From a virus, in IMG/VR virus record IMGVR_UViG_3300028569_002586, positions 64,001-128,000 of that record: a stretch of DNA of 64,000 bases. The stretch is one strand, 5' to 3'. Below the pieces are notes generated by a model. The model ran no database searches, was not told where the DNA came from, and saw only the letters and a program-made list of their open reading frames with translations. Below, one piece after another: positions 19,487-29,353 of the stretch. Position 1 is the first letter of the stretch, and each line of letters opens with the position of its first letter. Position numbers and translations under genes: made by a program.

Positions 19487-22072
19487 CTAAACACTAAGAA
19501 GTTCAAATAAATCTGTTTGAACTTGTGTGCCTGGCGCTTTTAGCTTCCAATTAACTGATTCATAAAATCTCTCAATCACAGAGTAAATGATCTTCTCGAA
19601 CATCTTTTCATGATCAGGCTCAAAGATTTTCACAAATTCCTTTGGATAATAGTACTTGAACCCAATTACTGATATGCCATATCTGTTTGGTTGTTTCACA
19701 TAGAAGTAACGCACTTTGTCCCCAGATGATAGTTTCTCATATTTTCTATCTATACCAAACTTTTCCACTAACACGTTATGATAGTAGGCTGCTTTAACAT
19801 GAATAGGCATGTGTTTTGCAACATTAAAACCATCACATAAGCCTTCATATTTTTCATATCCTTTGACACCCATAACAAATGCTATATCTTCCAAACTCAA
19901 TCCTTTGAATATGTCGTATGTTTCATTAAAAATTTTATTGGTTTCTGTTTGGCTCTTAGTTGTGAGCATGGTTTCAATAATGCCTTTGACATAAGGTTTG
20001 ATGGGGGCAGGCATTGTGGTACGAACAACCTCGACACCTGTATATTTGAACTTGTCTGTGGGGATGCCTTCTTCATCAAGAATATGCAAAACATATCTTT
20101 TTTTCTGCAGGAAGAGACCGGTATCAGCAATTACCTCTCTCTTAAAATTCAATCTGCAATCTGCAGAATTAAGAGCAGTTGTTCCCCATTTCATAATCTC
20201 AGTATTTAAATAGCTTTCAATGTCTAGTACGATCTTATAATATTCGTCAGAGATTTTTCCTTCTTTATTAAACATCTTGATTTTTAAATTATCAACAAGG
20301 TGCTTGATAGAGATGTAGCTTGAGTCAGTATCATTGTATATGATTGGTGTGTATTGCTCGAGCTCTTTGTCTGTCAGTGAGGTCTTGCTTTTAATGTAAT
20401 CTATTAAGAGTTTGTTTGATTGCTTGATGACAGCTTGTCCTGTGAGAGTGATTGACTCTGCTAGTTCGTCGTCACCAAGAGGGCTGTGTTTGTTGCCAAA
20501 GTAACCGTAGATCGTATTGATTAAAATCTTGATGGTGTGTTGCTGAATATTAAGATTGTCTACTTGATGCTTGAGCTTAGGGTATTCAGGATCTGTTTTC
20601 TTGAGGTGAGAGAGCTTGCGTTTTGACGTTTGATGCTGCTTTTTGAGCGCTACTCTCTTTGCATAATACCAGTCCACAGTTTCAGGTATAATTCCCCTCT
20701 CTTTCTGAGAAAATAAAACCTTGGCCTTGGATATTGCTAGTTTTTCTTTTTGTACAAACTTTGCAAAATTAGGCTTTGAGAGTTTATATGTCTGACCGTT
20801 AACATGTTTAAGTGTTATTTCATCATCAGTTTTATCAATAATAGTTGCAACTTTTGTCTCTGGTGAAAGATTCAATGTGATCATTACGTTTGGATACAGA
20901 CTATTTGCATCAAAAGATACTATGTGCTCTTGAAAGCCTTTTACTGGCTCACCAACATACGCACCAGCATTTTGTTCATCGCTTTCTTTGCCTTTTTTAA
21001 ATGTAGGAATTCTTCTGTCTCTATACCTTGCGCGGATAACACACAGACCAGTAATTACTGATAGTGATCCAAGTGCGCCTTCAAACGTAGTTAAGCCAGC
21101 ATAAGCTATCATTCTTAACAATTCAAGATATTGTAACTTTTCCTCTAGGCGTAACAAAAGGTTAACGTCTTGAATGTTGTAATCAACAAATAATTCCCAA
21201 TTATCATCAGCCAAACTAGCCAAGTTTGTGTCACCATAATCAATCTTATTTTCACCCAACTCTGTCTGGCCAATTGCATCTAGTTTGTATGATTCTCTGA
21301 GCACAGGACAGAAGCGTTTGTATATATCTAGATAATCGACACATGAGATGCCTTCAATATGCCAGTGCACCTGCTCTCTGCCAAACTTACCAGTAAATAC
21401 AATGGGGCGTATGTATCTCACAGGAGAAAGCCTTCTTGTGTTATCTTCACCCAGTATCTTTGTTATTCTATTGACAATGTAAGGCAGATCAAAGAACTCA
21501 GAATTCCAACCAGAAAGAATGTCAGGGTAATCAGATTCAAAAAAAGTAATAAACTTCTCTAAAAGCTCTCTCTCGGTCTTGCAATGATAATAAACACAAT
21601 TCTCTTTCTTTTTTGCATATGGCTTGAGTCCAAAAGTTGTAAATTTTTTCCTGAGTGTATCATAGACAGTTATGATATTGATTGGGTGTTCAGGATTGGA
21701 AGGTACAGGAAAGGTGTCAGGACTATAGGTCTCAATATCAATAAAGAATACCTTGAGTGGATGCTTGTTAAAATCTTCACTTTCATTAGTCTTCCAGAAA
21801 GTATCAATTAAGAATTGCTGCTGCACATTAAGATTCTCAAATACCCTGGTGATACTATTATCCTTAAGGTAGCGTGATCTTTCAGCTTGGTTTTTGAATT
21901 TTTTCTTTTTGAGCTTAGTATTAAAGATGCTTAGAACATCACTCTCATAGTTGGTTTCTAGAAATATGTATGGTTCAAAGGTGGTATCATAGGCAATGCG
22001 GTTGCCGTTTTCATCCCAGGTAAATAAACGTATTACCTGATCTCTAGGAATATAAGCTACATTTCTAAACAC
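19487..22072 (-). CDS. Family B DNA polymerase (gp43-like)
   Basis: Exonuclease DIET, GWNSEFFD, YNIQD; polymerase SFDANSLYP, KILINTIYG, YNDTDS, KKRY. Confidence 0.97.
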   Translation of the reverse strand: MFRNVAYIPRDQVIRLFTWDENGNRIAYDTTFEPYIFLETNYESDVLSIFNTKLKKKKFKNQAERSRYLKDNSITRVFENLNVQQQFLIDTFWKTNESEDFNKHPLKVFFIDIETYSPDTFPVPSNPEHPINIITVYDTLRKKFTTFGLKPYAKKKENCVYYHCKTERELLEKFITFFESDYPDILSGWNSEFFDLPYIVNRITKILGEDNTRRLSPVRYIRPIVFTGKFGREQVHWHIEGISCVDYLDIYKRFCPVLRESYKLDAIGQTELGENKIDYGDTNLASLADDNWELFVDYNIQDVNLLLRLEEKLQYLELLRMIAYAGLTTFEGALGSLSVITGLCVIRARYRDRRIPTFKKGKESDEQNAGAYVGEPVKGFQEHIVSFDANSLYPNVMITLNLSPETKVATIIDKTDDEITLKHVNGQTYKLSKPNFAKFVQKEKLAISKAKVLFSQKERGIIPETVDWYYAKRVALKKQHQTSKRKLSHLKKTDPEYPKLKHQVDNLNIQQHTIKILINTIYGYFGNKHSPLGDDELAESITLTGQAVIKQSNKLLIDYIKSKTSLTDKELEQYTPIIYNDTDSSYISIKHLVDNLKIKMFNKEGKISDEYYKIVLDIESYLNTEIMKWGTTALNSADCRLNFKREVIADTGLFLQKKRYVLHILDEEGIPTDKFKYTGVEVVRTTMPAPIKPYVKGIIETMLTTKSQTETNKIFNETYDIFKGLSLEDIAFVMGVKGYEKYEGLCDGFNVAKHMPIHVKAAYYHNVLVEKFGIDRKYEKLSSGDKVRYFYVKQPNRYGISVIGFKYYYPKEFVKIFEPDHEKMFEKIIYSVIERFYESVNWKLKAPGTQVQTDLFELLSV

Positions 22073-22102
22073 TTTATAATAATAAAGGAAATTTTAAAAA
22101 TA

Positions 22103-23320
22103 TCAATATGTATTGATGCTATTCAAATATTTTCTCTCTGAGGCACCAACACCAAAGTTATATAGCTCGTAGTACTTAGATATATTTTCTTCATTCTCTA
22201 AAAATCTTGATTCTGCAACTTTTCTGGCTTTTGAGCAAATATTCATGTACCTGCCTTTTTTGGACAATGTCTCCTCTATTTGTGCAATCATCTCATCTCC
22301 GGTTTTGAATTTAATAGGTGCTTCAGAATACGTTACCAGATCCTGACATGCAATAGGAAGGCCATAGCAAGAAGCTTCAATATACTTGAGATCACTCTTA
22401 GCCTTATTGAAGGTGTTGTCTTGCAGGGGTGCAACCATCATATTGATGTTTAGTTTAGCAATTTTTTCAGGATACCTATACAATGTTTCCCAGGGATGAA
22501 ATTCGAGCTTACCGGCTTTGACATAGGGGTGTAAAGGCAGGGGAAATGCTCCAAGAAATACCCACTGAAACTTGTCGTGAGTCTTGGCAATTATTTCACA
22601 TACATGGGCAAAATCATCCTGCTGCCCCACTCTATTTTCCACATCAAAATGAGCGCCAGAACCTGCATAAAGAATTCTTGGCTTCTTTGCATATAAATCA
22701 TAATTCTCTGAAATTTTCTTTTCGTTATAAAAATTACCCATCCACCATTTGGGTGGGTAATTGGGTATAATCGTTACGTTTTGGTTTTTTGTCTTTTCTT
22801 TATAATAGTCGCGCATGAATTCACATGTAACAGTAACTTCATCGCAAAGCTCCATAATTTCTTGACAATTCTTACGTATTGAAGGATCAGTAAATGCAGG
22901 TTTAAACTTATTATACTCAGGGATATCTTCACTAAAAACAAGATCGTCGATTTCATATATGATTTTAAATCCTGCTTGTTTGGATATTTCTTTCAAACGC
23001 TTGACAAACTGCAATTGATGACTGGTGGCTTGTCTCTGAATGCGGACAGCTTTTACACCTCTGTAATAATTTGGATCAAGAACCATCACAGTGCTGCCAT
23101 GAACAATCATCTTTTGATGTGCATTGAGAAGATGTTCTGGCCAAATCATTCTCCAAAATCCACATCCACTGTAATCAGCATAGTAGTTAAGAGCTCTGGT
23201 TAGTGAAAGTTCTGGTGGTTGAGGAAGTGCTGGTTGTGCATTCTGTGCAGGCATAAAGCCAGGATGGGGCTGTACAAAAGGTGAAACATATGGCGAAGTG
23301 AAAGGTGAAGGTACAATCAT
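22103..23320 (-). CDS. Glycosyltransferase, GT-B-like
   Basis: SGCGFWR..WP, YEIDD, APLQDNTFNKAKSDLKYIEA...G.P. Confidence 0.8.
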   Translation of the reverse strand: MIVPSPFTSPYVSPFVQPHPGFMPAQNAQPALPQPPELSLTRALNYYADYSGCGFWRMIWPEHLLNAHQKMIVHGSTVMVLDPNYYRGVKAVRIQRQATSHQLQFVKRLKEISKQAGFKIIYEIDDLVFSEDIPEYNKFKPAFTDPSIRKNCQEIMELCDEVTVTCEFMRDYYKEKTKNQNVTIIPNYPPKWWMGNFYNEKKISENYDLYAKKPRILYAGSGAHFDVENRVGQQDDFAHVCEIIAKTHDKFQWVFLGAFPLPLHPYVKAGKLEFHPWETLYRYPEKIAKLNINMMVAPLQDNTFNKAKSDLKYIEASCYGLPIACQDLVTYSEAPIKFKTGDEMIAQIEETLSKKGRYMNICSKARKVAESRFLENEENISKYYELYNFGVGASERKYLNSINTY

Positions 23321-23337
23321 GTAATAGTTATTTTATT

Positions 23338-25152
23338 CTATTCACGGTGATATTCAACATAATCAACTTTTCTTGTGATGCCATTATTTTTCTCTAAGAA
23401 GATGATTTCACCAGTAGCTGCCTTGATGCTTTCTTTTCTATGACTTATAACCATTGCACACTCTTTATACTTTTCCACACGTTCCTTAAGAATATTGATA
23501 ACTAATTCTACTCCCTTTTCATCTAAACTAGAATCAAAAAGTTCATCATAAATACTGAAGTTAAAGGAAACATCACCTTGCAATCTTCTGATGTCCATGA
23601 AGGTGAACAAACAGGCCAGATCTATATTCTTTCTCTCGGCACCGCTAAAGTTAAAGTAGGAACATTCTTTGCCTTTATCATCCAGAATGTTTTCTTCAAA
23701 ATATTCATTAAAGACACATATGCAATTGGCATCCATCTTCTTGAGATAATATGCGAGTTTAGTATTGAAGATCTGCAATATTTTTTTGACAATATATGAC
23801 TTCACACCTTCTTCAGACATAACAAACTTGACAGCTTCAAGTTTTCTGAGATCTTTTTTAATACTTTCAATTTCTTCAGAAAGATTTTTTATCTTATCTT
23901 CTTGCTCTACTATAAGTCCATCAAACTGATTGTTACTCACCTCAAGTTCTTTCAGATCAACCTCAAGCTCTTTCTGCCATTTGTTGAGTTGCGTAATCCT
24001 TTCTTTTGTATTCTCAAGACCTTTAACTTGTATTCTATATTCTTGAATTTTATTTTTTAGTACATCTATGCCTTTAACAATCTTTAATTCAAGATCAGCA
24101 TACTCTTCTTCTTTGTCTTGTGACTCTTTAATTTGTTTATTAAACTCTGTTACTTCAGTTTTAATTTTTTGCTTTTCTTCTTTTATATGAGATTTATCCT
24201 TATCACCAAGAGCGCGTAAGCAGGTAGGGCAATTATCTTTATCTGTACCGATAAGCTTGTAGGTTTTTTCTTTTATATCAATCTGTGTTTTGAGAGAAGA
24301 GACTGTATCACGTACAACTTTAATATCATTATCAATTTTACCAGATTTAGCTTCAAGTGTCTTGATATCTTTTTCTATTTTTGAAACATCAAGCTCTATA
24401 GAGCTGTCAAGCTTTTCATTAAGTACAACAAGTTCTTTGGTATTATTATTTCTTCTTGTCTCATATTTTTTTTGCTTTGCAACTCTCTCAAGCTTAAAAT
24501 TTTCAGCTTGTTTCTGGAGATTGGTTAGCATTTTTGAAGCTTCATCGTACTTTGCAGACAGCACATCAAATGACTTCTTCTGTTCACTGATATCATTCTT
24601 TACATCAGTATTCATATTACTAAACACCGAGAGGTTGAATATGTCTTCAATAAACTTCCTCTTTTCATGCTTTTTCTTAGCCATGAAAGGCACAGTATTA
24701 TTAAGTGTCATTATTACACAATTCTGAAATATCTCAGGAGTACACTGAAAGAGTGTCATGATATACTCATTTGTATTGGAGATACTGTCACGGGTCTTAT
24801 CATCACCATTAACAAAGATATAACACTTTGAGGGGTCTATGGTGCGTATAATTTGAATTTTATCAACTTTATTATATCCTGACACTTCAGCTTCTAAAAC
24901 AACTTCGCATGTCTTTTTATTGATATTGTTGATGATAAAATCTTTTTTGAGATCTCTAAGAGTTTCGCCGAATACAGCAAAGTAAATTGCATCAGCTATT
25001 GTGGATTTTCCAACACCGTTTCTGCGGTCATCTTTATCCTTATTAATACCTGTTATGACATGAAGGCCTGGTTTGAAGTCAACAACCACAGGTGCACTAC
25101 CTACAGAAAGAAAGTTCTTAATTGATATATTTTTAAAGCTAATTTTTTTCAT
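23338..25152 (-). CDS. Recombination endonuclease ATPase subunit (gp46 / SbcC-Rad50-like)
   Basis: KNFLSVG, NGVGKST, CPTC zinc hook, FSGAE signature, DELFDSSLD, ISH. Confidence 0.95.
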   Translation of the reverse strand: MKKISFKNISIKNFLSVGSAPVVVDFKPGLHVITGINKDKDDRRNGVGKSTIADAIYFAVFGETLRDLKKDFIINNINKKTCEVVLEAEVSGYNKVDKIQIIRTIDPSKCYIFVNGDDKTRDSISNTNEYIMTLFQCTPEIFQNCVIMTLNNTVPFMAKKKHEKRKFIEDIFNLSVFSNMNTDVKNDISEQKKSFDVLSAKYDEASKMLTNLQKQAENFKLERVAKQKKYETRRNNNTKELVVLNEKLDSSIELDVSKIEKDIKTLEAKSGKIDNDIKVVRDTVSSLKTQIDIKEKTYKLIGTDKDNCPTCLRALGDKDKSHIKEEKQKIKTEVTEFNKQIKESQDKEEEYADLELKIVKGIDVLKNKIQEYRIQVKGLENTKERITQLNKWQKELEVDLKELEVSNNQFDGLIVEQEDKIKNLSEEIESIKKDLRKLEAVKFVMSEEGVKSYIVKKILQIFNTKLAYYLKKMDANCICVFNEYFEENILDDKGKECSYFNFSGAERKNIDLACLFTFMDIRRLQGDVSFNFSIYDELFDSSLDEKGVELVINILKERVEKYKECAMVISHRKESIKAATGEIIFLEKNNGITRKVDYVEYHRE

Positions 25153-26258
25153 CTGTATTTCTTATAGAGATCTTGACTGTATTTGATTATAGAAGGCTTA
25201 TCTTCTATATCTAGCAAGTTAACAAACTCTTCAATTGCTTTTGCAACATCAACACCTGAAACATCTAAACTGGCTTCATCAGTTATTTGCAATGTATCGC
25301 TAACAAGAGAATAATCGACAGACAAAGAAAATGGCTTGTATACAGAAAACTTTTTAAGAAGAGTGTCAACATGATCAGGAGCAACCTTCATATCAATTAT
25401 TAGCTTAACAATGTTGTTCTCAATTTCAGCCTGTATCTTTTTAATGTCTTTTTGATCCTTAACAACAGCACCAAATTTATCGCTTGTGATAAGATCGGTA
25501 AGAAGCATTTTCTTGTGTTTGGGTGACTTGCAGTTTTCAAAAAATTCTAAAACAAGATTATTAAAATCTAGGAGGTAATACCCTTTGGTTGATCCTGTAT
25601 CACCAAAATCCATTTCAAATGGATTGCCTACATAGATAATCTTCTTATCTCCGTATTCGCGTTCATCTCTGAGATGAAAATGACCTGATAGAATTAAGGA
25701 TGCTTTGTTGAGTAACTCTTCTGTTTTAAGACCATGATCACACAGCTTATAGCTATTCATCTTGAAACTCTCTATTTCAAAATGACCAAACACAATGTCA
25801 GAATTCTTGATGTCATTAATATCAAACCCCCATGGAGCAAAGCAACATTTCTTGCCAAATATTACAGTATTAAGTGTTTCAGAAATAATGGTTATGTTCT
25901 TCCATCCATCAAACAAGGAGAGAGAATTAATATCTGATCTATCTTTATAATATGAATCGTGGTTACCTACAAGAATAATAATATTAAAGTCCTTCCAGAG
26001 TTTGAACATCTCATTAACAACATGCAGTGTATTGACTGCAATTTCATCACGATAATGAAATACATCACCAAGAATAAGAATGTCTTTGATGTCTTGTTTT
26101 TTAAGTGATTCTCTCAGCCATTTAGCCCAACTCAGAGCTGTTTCATGCCAAAAAATACTATTTTGATGTATGCCCAGGTGCAAATCAGCAATACAACAAA
26201 CTTTATTGTTTTTTAGAGTAAATTCTTTAGTTTCCTGCGGTGTTATAGTTGTCGTCAT
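25149..26258 (-). CDS. Recombination endonuclease nuclease subunit (gp47 / SbcD-Mre11-like)
   Basis: DLHLG, LGDVF, GNHD, GHFE, SGHFH, YVGNP. Confidence 0.95.
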   Translation of the reverse strand: MTTTITPQETKEFTLKNNKVCCIADLHLGIHQNSIFWHETALSWAKWLRESLKKQDIKDILILGDVFHYRDEIAVNTLHVVNEMFKLWKDFNIIILVGNHDSYYKDRSDINSLSLFDGWKNITIISETLNTVIFGKKCCFAPWGFDINDIKNSDIVFGHFEIESFKMNSYKLCDHGLKTEELLNKASLILSGHFHLRDEREYGDKKIIYVGNPFEMDFGDTGSTKGYYLLDFNNLVLEFFENCKSPKHKKMLLTDLITSDKFGAVVKDQKDIKKIQAEIENNIVKLIIDMKVAPDHVDTLLKKFSVYKPFSLSVDYSLVSDTLQITDEASLDVSGVDVAKAIEEFVNLLDIEDKPSIIKYSQDLYKKYR

Positions 26259-26808
26259 CTCGATTATTTGACGTGTCTACATAGATATGATAATTGGCAT
26301 CAGGGTTATGATCAGTCATCAAATCTGTATAAACACGATCTTTGTAGTTTGTTACAGTCTCATGATGTTTTTTTTCTTTTTTAATTCTATTGATAAATGC
26401 ATGAAAAGCAATTGTGGTGAAATAAGAGAAGGGACTAAAACCAGAATCCAGTCTAAACTTTTTATTCTTTAGAGCAGAAACCATTTTTACAATAGCATCA
26501 CCTATCATGTCATCTTTATATGAGTAATTTATAAAATTAGGAGCATATGATAGTCCGTTAGCAATTTTGTTTATTGATTCACCAAGCTTAATAGAAATAA
26601 AATCTGTGTTGTAATAGTGTCTTATTTCCTCCTCAAATTCCCTACCATTAACATAGTGTACTTTTTCTTTGCCTCTGGGTTTTTTTTCTGTTTTTAAGCT
26701 GGGAGGGAGTGAAGCTTCAATCTCTGCAGATGTAAGAGATTTTCGTTGGTCTTCAGGAGCATTACTCTCTGATTTCTTTGATTTGATGTGTAATGTTCTC
26801 TTTTTCAT
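26227..26808 (-). CDS. Late-transcription sigma factor (gp55-like)
   Basis: HYVN..EF, KIANGLSYAPNFINYSYKDDMIGDA, PFSYFTTIAFHAFINRIKKEKK. Confidence 0.93.
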   Translation of the reverse strand: MKKRTLHIKSKKSESNAPEDQRKSLTSAEIEASLPPSLKTEKKPRGKEKVHYVNGREFEEEIRHYYNTDFISIKLGESINKIANGLSYAPNFINYSYKDDMIGDAIVKMVSALKNKKFRLDSGFSPFSYFTTIAFHAFINRIKKEKKHHETVTNYKDRVYTDLMTDHNPDANYHIYVDTSNNRDDDNYNTAGN

Positions 26809-28216
26809 AAAGTGCTCTTCTTTTTAGGAAGTGCTGATAACCATATTGTAGATTATCAGCAATGTCAATGATTATAAGCTTATCTTTGTCCTTATGCAAC
26901 CGTAAACCTCTTCCGATGGACTGTAATATCTTTATTTTTGCCTTTCCTCCGCCTGCAAAGATAATGTAGTGTAAGTTTTTAATATTAATACCTGTGGAGA
27001 ATATCTTTGAAATGGCTACAACAATGACATCGGAATGCTCCTCCATGAGCTTTCTAACCTCTTCTCTTTCATTAATTTCGACTTCTCCTCTGATGTAGAA
27101 TATTTTCTTGGCAGGGCAAGTATTCTTAAGCAGATTGAAAATGTTTTCACCATGCTCAATGTAGTCAACTAATATAAGTGTGTTCTGTGATGCACCACAG
27201 GCAGCTTTAGAAATAAGGTTGTTTCTAAAATTATTTTTTATTAAAAAGTCAACTTCTGCTCTATATCTATCTGCTGCATTAATTAACTCAGAAGGATATT
27301 GTGGCAGTGTTTTGTAGTTTATCATTAATACAGCAACAGACACATTGCTGACATAACTCTCTAGTCTGAGCTCATAGCTTGTTTTTTCATAGATGATGGG
27401 CCCAATTTTACCAATGATATTCCATTGATCTAGCTGGCCTTCGGGCATAGTGCCTGTCAATCCAAAGCGCAAAGGTGTTTTAATTATTTTAAATAATTTA
27501 TTAATTTCATTTCCTTTGCGAACCTTATGTACCTCATCAACAAACAATACATCTATTTCCGATAACCAAGATGTATCGCTGTTTTTGCTTTGAAGAATCC
27601 CTATATTTGCTACGACAACATTAGCGCTACGATCCAACTCATGGCTGCCAGTCCATTTGCTGATTGTGAATGGCACATTATAAGAAAGAAAATCTGCTGA
27701 TGTTTGTTGTACCAGTCCAAGATCAGGGACAATGAACAAACATTTGAATCTGGGATTAGATAAAAATATGTTGGAAAGAATTGTAGCTGATGTGAGTGTC
27801 TTGCCCCCTGCAGTAGCCAGTACAATAGTACCGCGACCAGTATTTAATGACTTTACAACAATTTCTTCTTGGTAGTCTCTAAGTGGTATGCTTAGCTTGA
27901 ACGGCGTTGTGGTGAAAGCACCTCTGTCCTGAAGATATTTCTTAGCAGGCAGTAATTCTTCAAGTAATTCTGCATCTATTTTTATTTCATCAGGGTACTG
28001 GTTTGTTATAAACAAGCGCTTGATCTCCAGGGCAAGACAGGGATCAAATTTGCCCATGGGTGTTATGGCGTAGGTTCTTTGCGGTATGAATCGACCATAC
28101 CCTCTGATAAATTTAGCTGCCTCGTTCTTTACTGAGAAGTGCTCTCTAATCTCATCAAATCTATCGCTTACAAGAATACCTTGGCGCTTTTTTGCATCAA
28201 GCTTAAGCTCGGTCAT
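26762..28216 (-). CDS. uvsW: SF2 DNA helicase
   Basis: LRDYQ, ATAGGKT, DEVH, GLTGT, STGINI, QSIGRGLR. Confidence 0.92.
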   Translation of the reverse strand: MTELKLDAKKRQGILVSDRFDEIREHFSVKNEAAKFIRGYGRFIPQRTYAITPMGKFDPCLALEIKRLFITNQYPDEIKIDAELLEELLPAKKYLQDRGAFTTTPFKLSIPLRDYQEEIVVKSLNTGRGTIVLATAGGKTLTSATILSNIFLSNPRFKCLFIVPDLGLVQQTSADFLSYNVPFTISKWTGSHELDRSANVVVANIGILQSKNSDTSWLSEIDVLFVDEVHKVRKGNEINKLFKIIKTPLRFGLTGTMPEGQLDQWNIIGKIGPIIYEKTSYELRLESYVSNVSVAVLMINYKTLPQYPSELINAADRYRAEVDFLIKNNFRNNLISKAACGASQNTLILVDYIEHGENIFNLLKNTCPAKKIFYIRGEVEINEREEVRKLMEEHSDVIVVAISKIFSTGINIKNLHYIIFAGGGKAKIKILQSIGRGLRLHKDKDKLIIIDIADNLQYGYQHFLKRRALYEKENITHQIKEIRE

Positions 28217-28605
28217 TAGGTTGTCTCGAGTTTAATAATTTCAAGAATATTTTTGACATCATAAGAGGCGCTGCTAAATGTTTTTTCTGATTTCTCTAAA
28301 AGCTCAATAACTAGTTCAATCTCTTTTATCTTTGCTTCATATTCTTTTAATTCTGTAGCACTTTCTGCTGTCTTCTCTAGAACAGGTATAGATAATTTTA
28401 CAGAAGATGTTTCATTTAATTTTTTAACAATATCGGACTTAAGTTTTTCTTTTTGTTTTTTTAATGTAACTAGTTCAAGCTTATGCCTTATGCATCTGCC
28501 AGTCCACTTGTGCTTAATGCCTGGTAGCTTTAATGCGTAATCCTTGAGGTAAATCTCATCTATCTTTAGATCAGCTTCCAATTCTTTTATATAATTTTCT
28601 AGCAC
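28216..28605 (-). CDS. uvsY: Recombination mediator
   Basis: E..ADLKID...L....LKLP..KHKW, coiled coil, YDVKNI.E..KLE. Start moved to GTG 28605, 6 nt after TTGATT-16-TATTAT. Confidence 0.8.
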   Translation of the reverse strand: MLENYIKELEADLKIDEIYLKDYALKLPGIKHKWTGRCIRHKLELVTLKKQKEKLKSDIVKKLNETSSVKLSIPVLEKTAESATELKEYEAKIKEIELVIELLEKSEKTFSSASYDVKNILEIIKLETT

Positions 28606-28638
28606 ATATAAATAATAGTATAAAGAATACAATAATCA

Positions 28639-28896
28639 ATGATAACGTTTAACCAGTTTTGCAGTGAGATGAATGTGGCAGGAGGTGCCGGCAGTGTATT
28701 TGGACCGGGTACCGCTGGTAGTATAGGTGCATTTGGCAATCAATTTCCTTCACAAAATGATAAAGCGTATAATCCTGGTGATTTGAGAATTGCTACTGTT
28801 TTAGGTGCAAGAAGAGGTGCAAGAAGAGGTACAAAAAGGAAGAAAAAAAATAAACAAAAAATACCTGTACAAAGAAGAGCTTTGCCAGGTCTGTAA
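28639..28896 (+). CDS. 85-aa protein paralogous to the N-arm of the major capsid protein, with a polybasic insert
   Basis: Shares C.E.N.AG, GNQFPSQND, Y.PGD.R and IP..RR..P.L with gp23 residues 58-110; TATAAATA at 28607-28614. Confidence 0.8.
   Translation: MITFNQFCSEMNVAGGAGSVFGPGTAGSIGAFGNQFPSQNDKAYNPGDLRIATVLGARRGARRGTKRKKKNKQKIPVQRRALPGL
28804..28839 (+). repeat. 12-bp tandem repeat GGTGCAAGAAGA x2 plus one degenerate copy (GARR GARR GTKR)
   Basis: Read directly from the sequence. Confidence 0.8.
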
Positions 28897-28914
28897 TTGA
28901 AGCTAAGTAGTCAG

Positions 28915-29331
28915 ATGAATACAGGTCACTGGATGCTTGCTGAAGGTGTCAAAATAACAGAACACAGTTTTGGTTTTATTTACGAAATTACTAATACTGT
29001 AACAAATAAAAAATATATTGGTAAAAAGCAGTGCAAGTCCAAGCTTAAGCGCAAACCTTTGAAGGGTAAGGTTAATAAGAGAATAGAGATCAAGGAATCA
29101 GATTGGAGGGAGTACACAAGTTCATCCAATGAACTCAATCAAGACATAGAAAGGATTGGTAAGGATAAATTTGTTTTTAAAATACTCAGAGAGTGTGGAT
29201 CAAAGTGGGAGTTAGCATATTTTGAAATTAGAGAGCAACTAGACAGGAATGTTCTTCTTAAGGAAGATTATTATAATGGCATTATAAATGTAAGAATTGG
29301 CAGACCTCCAAAAAATTTCTTGATTACTTGA
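28915..29331 (+). CDS. GIY-YIG family nuclease-like protein
   Basis: GFIYEITN...KKYIGKK, W..Y.SS, E, YYN; start ATG 28915 is 5 nt after TAAGTA. Confidence 0.8.
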   Translation: MNTGHWMLAEGVKITEHSFGFIYEITNTVTNKKYIGKKQCKSKLKRKPLKGKVNKRIEIKESDWREYTSSSNELNQDIERIGKDKFVFKILRECGSKWELAYFEIREQLDRNVLLKEDYYNGIINVRIGRPPKNFLIT

Positions 29332-29353
29332 CTGTTTCATGCAATAATACAGT

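Noticed and set aside
1102-28216. Introns or inteins in terminase, helicases, UvsX or polymerase
   Set aside because: ORFs are uninterrupted and of ordinary length, and no intein motifs were seen.
28915-29331. GIY-YIG gene as a mobile homing endonuclease
   Set aside because: Only about 138 aa, with no evident DNA-binding extension and no intron context; more likely a resident small nuclease.
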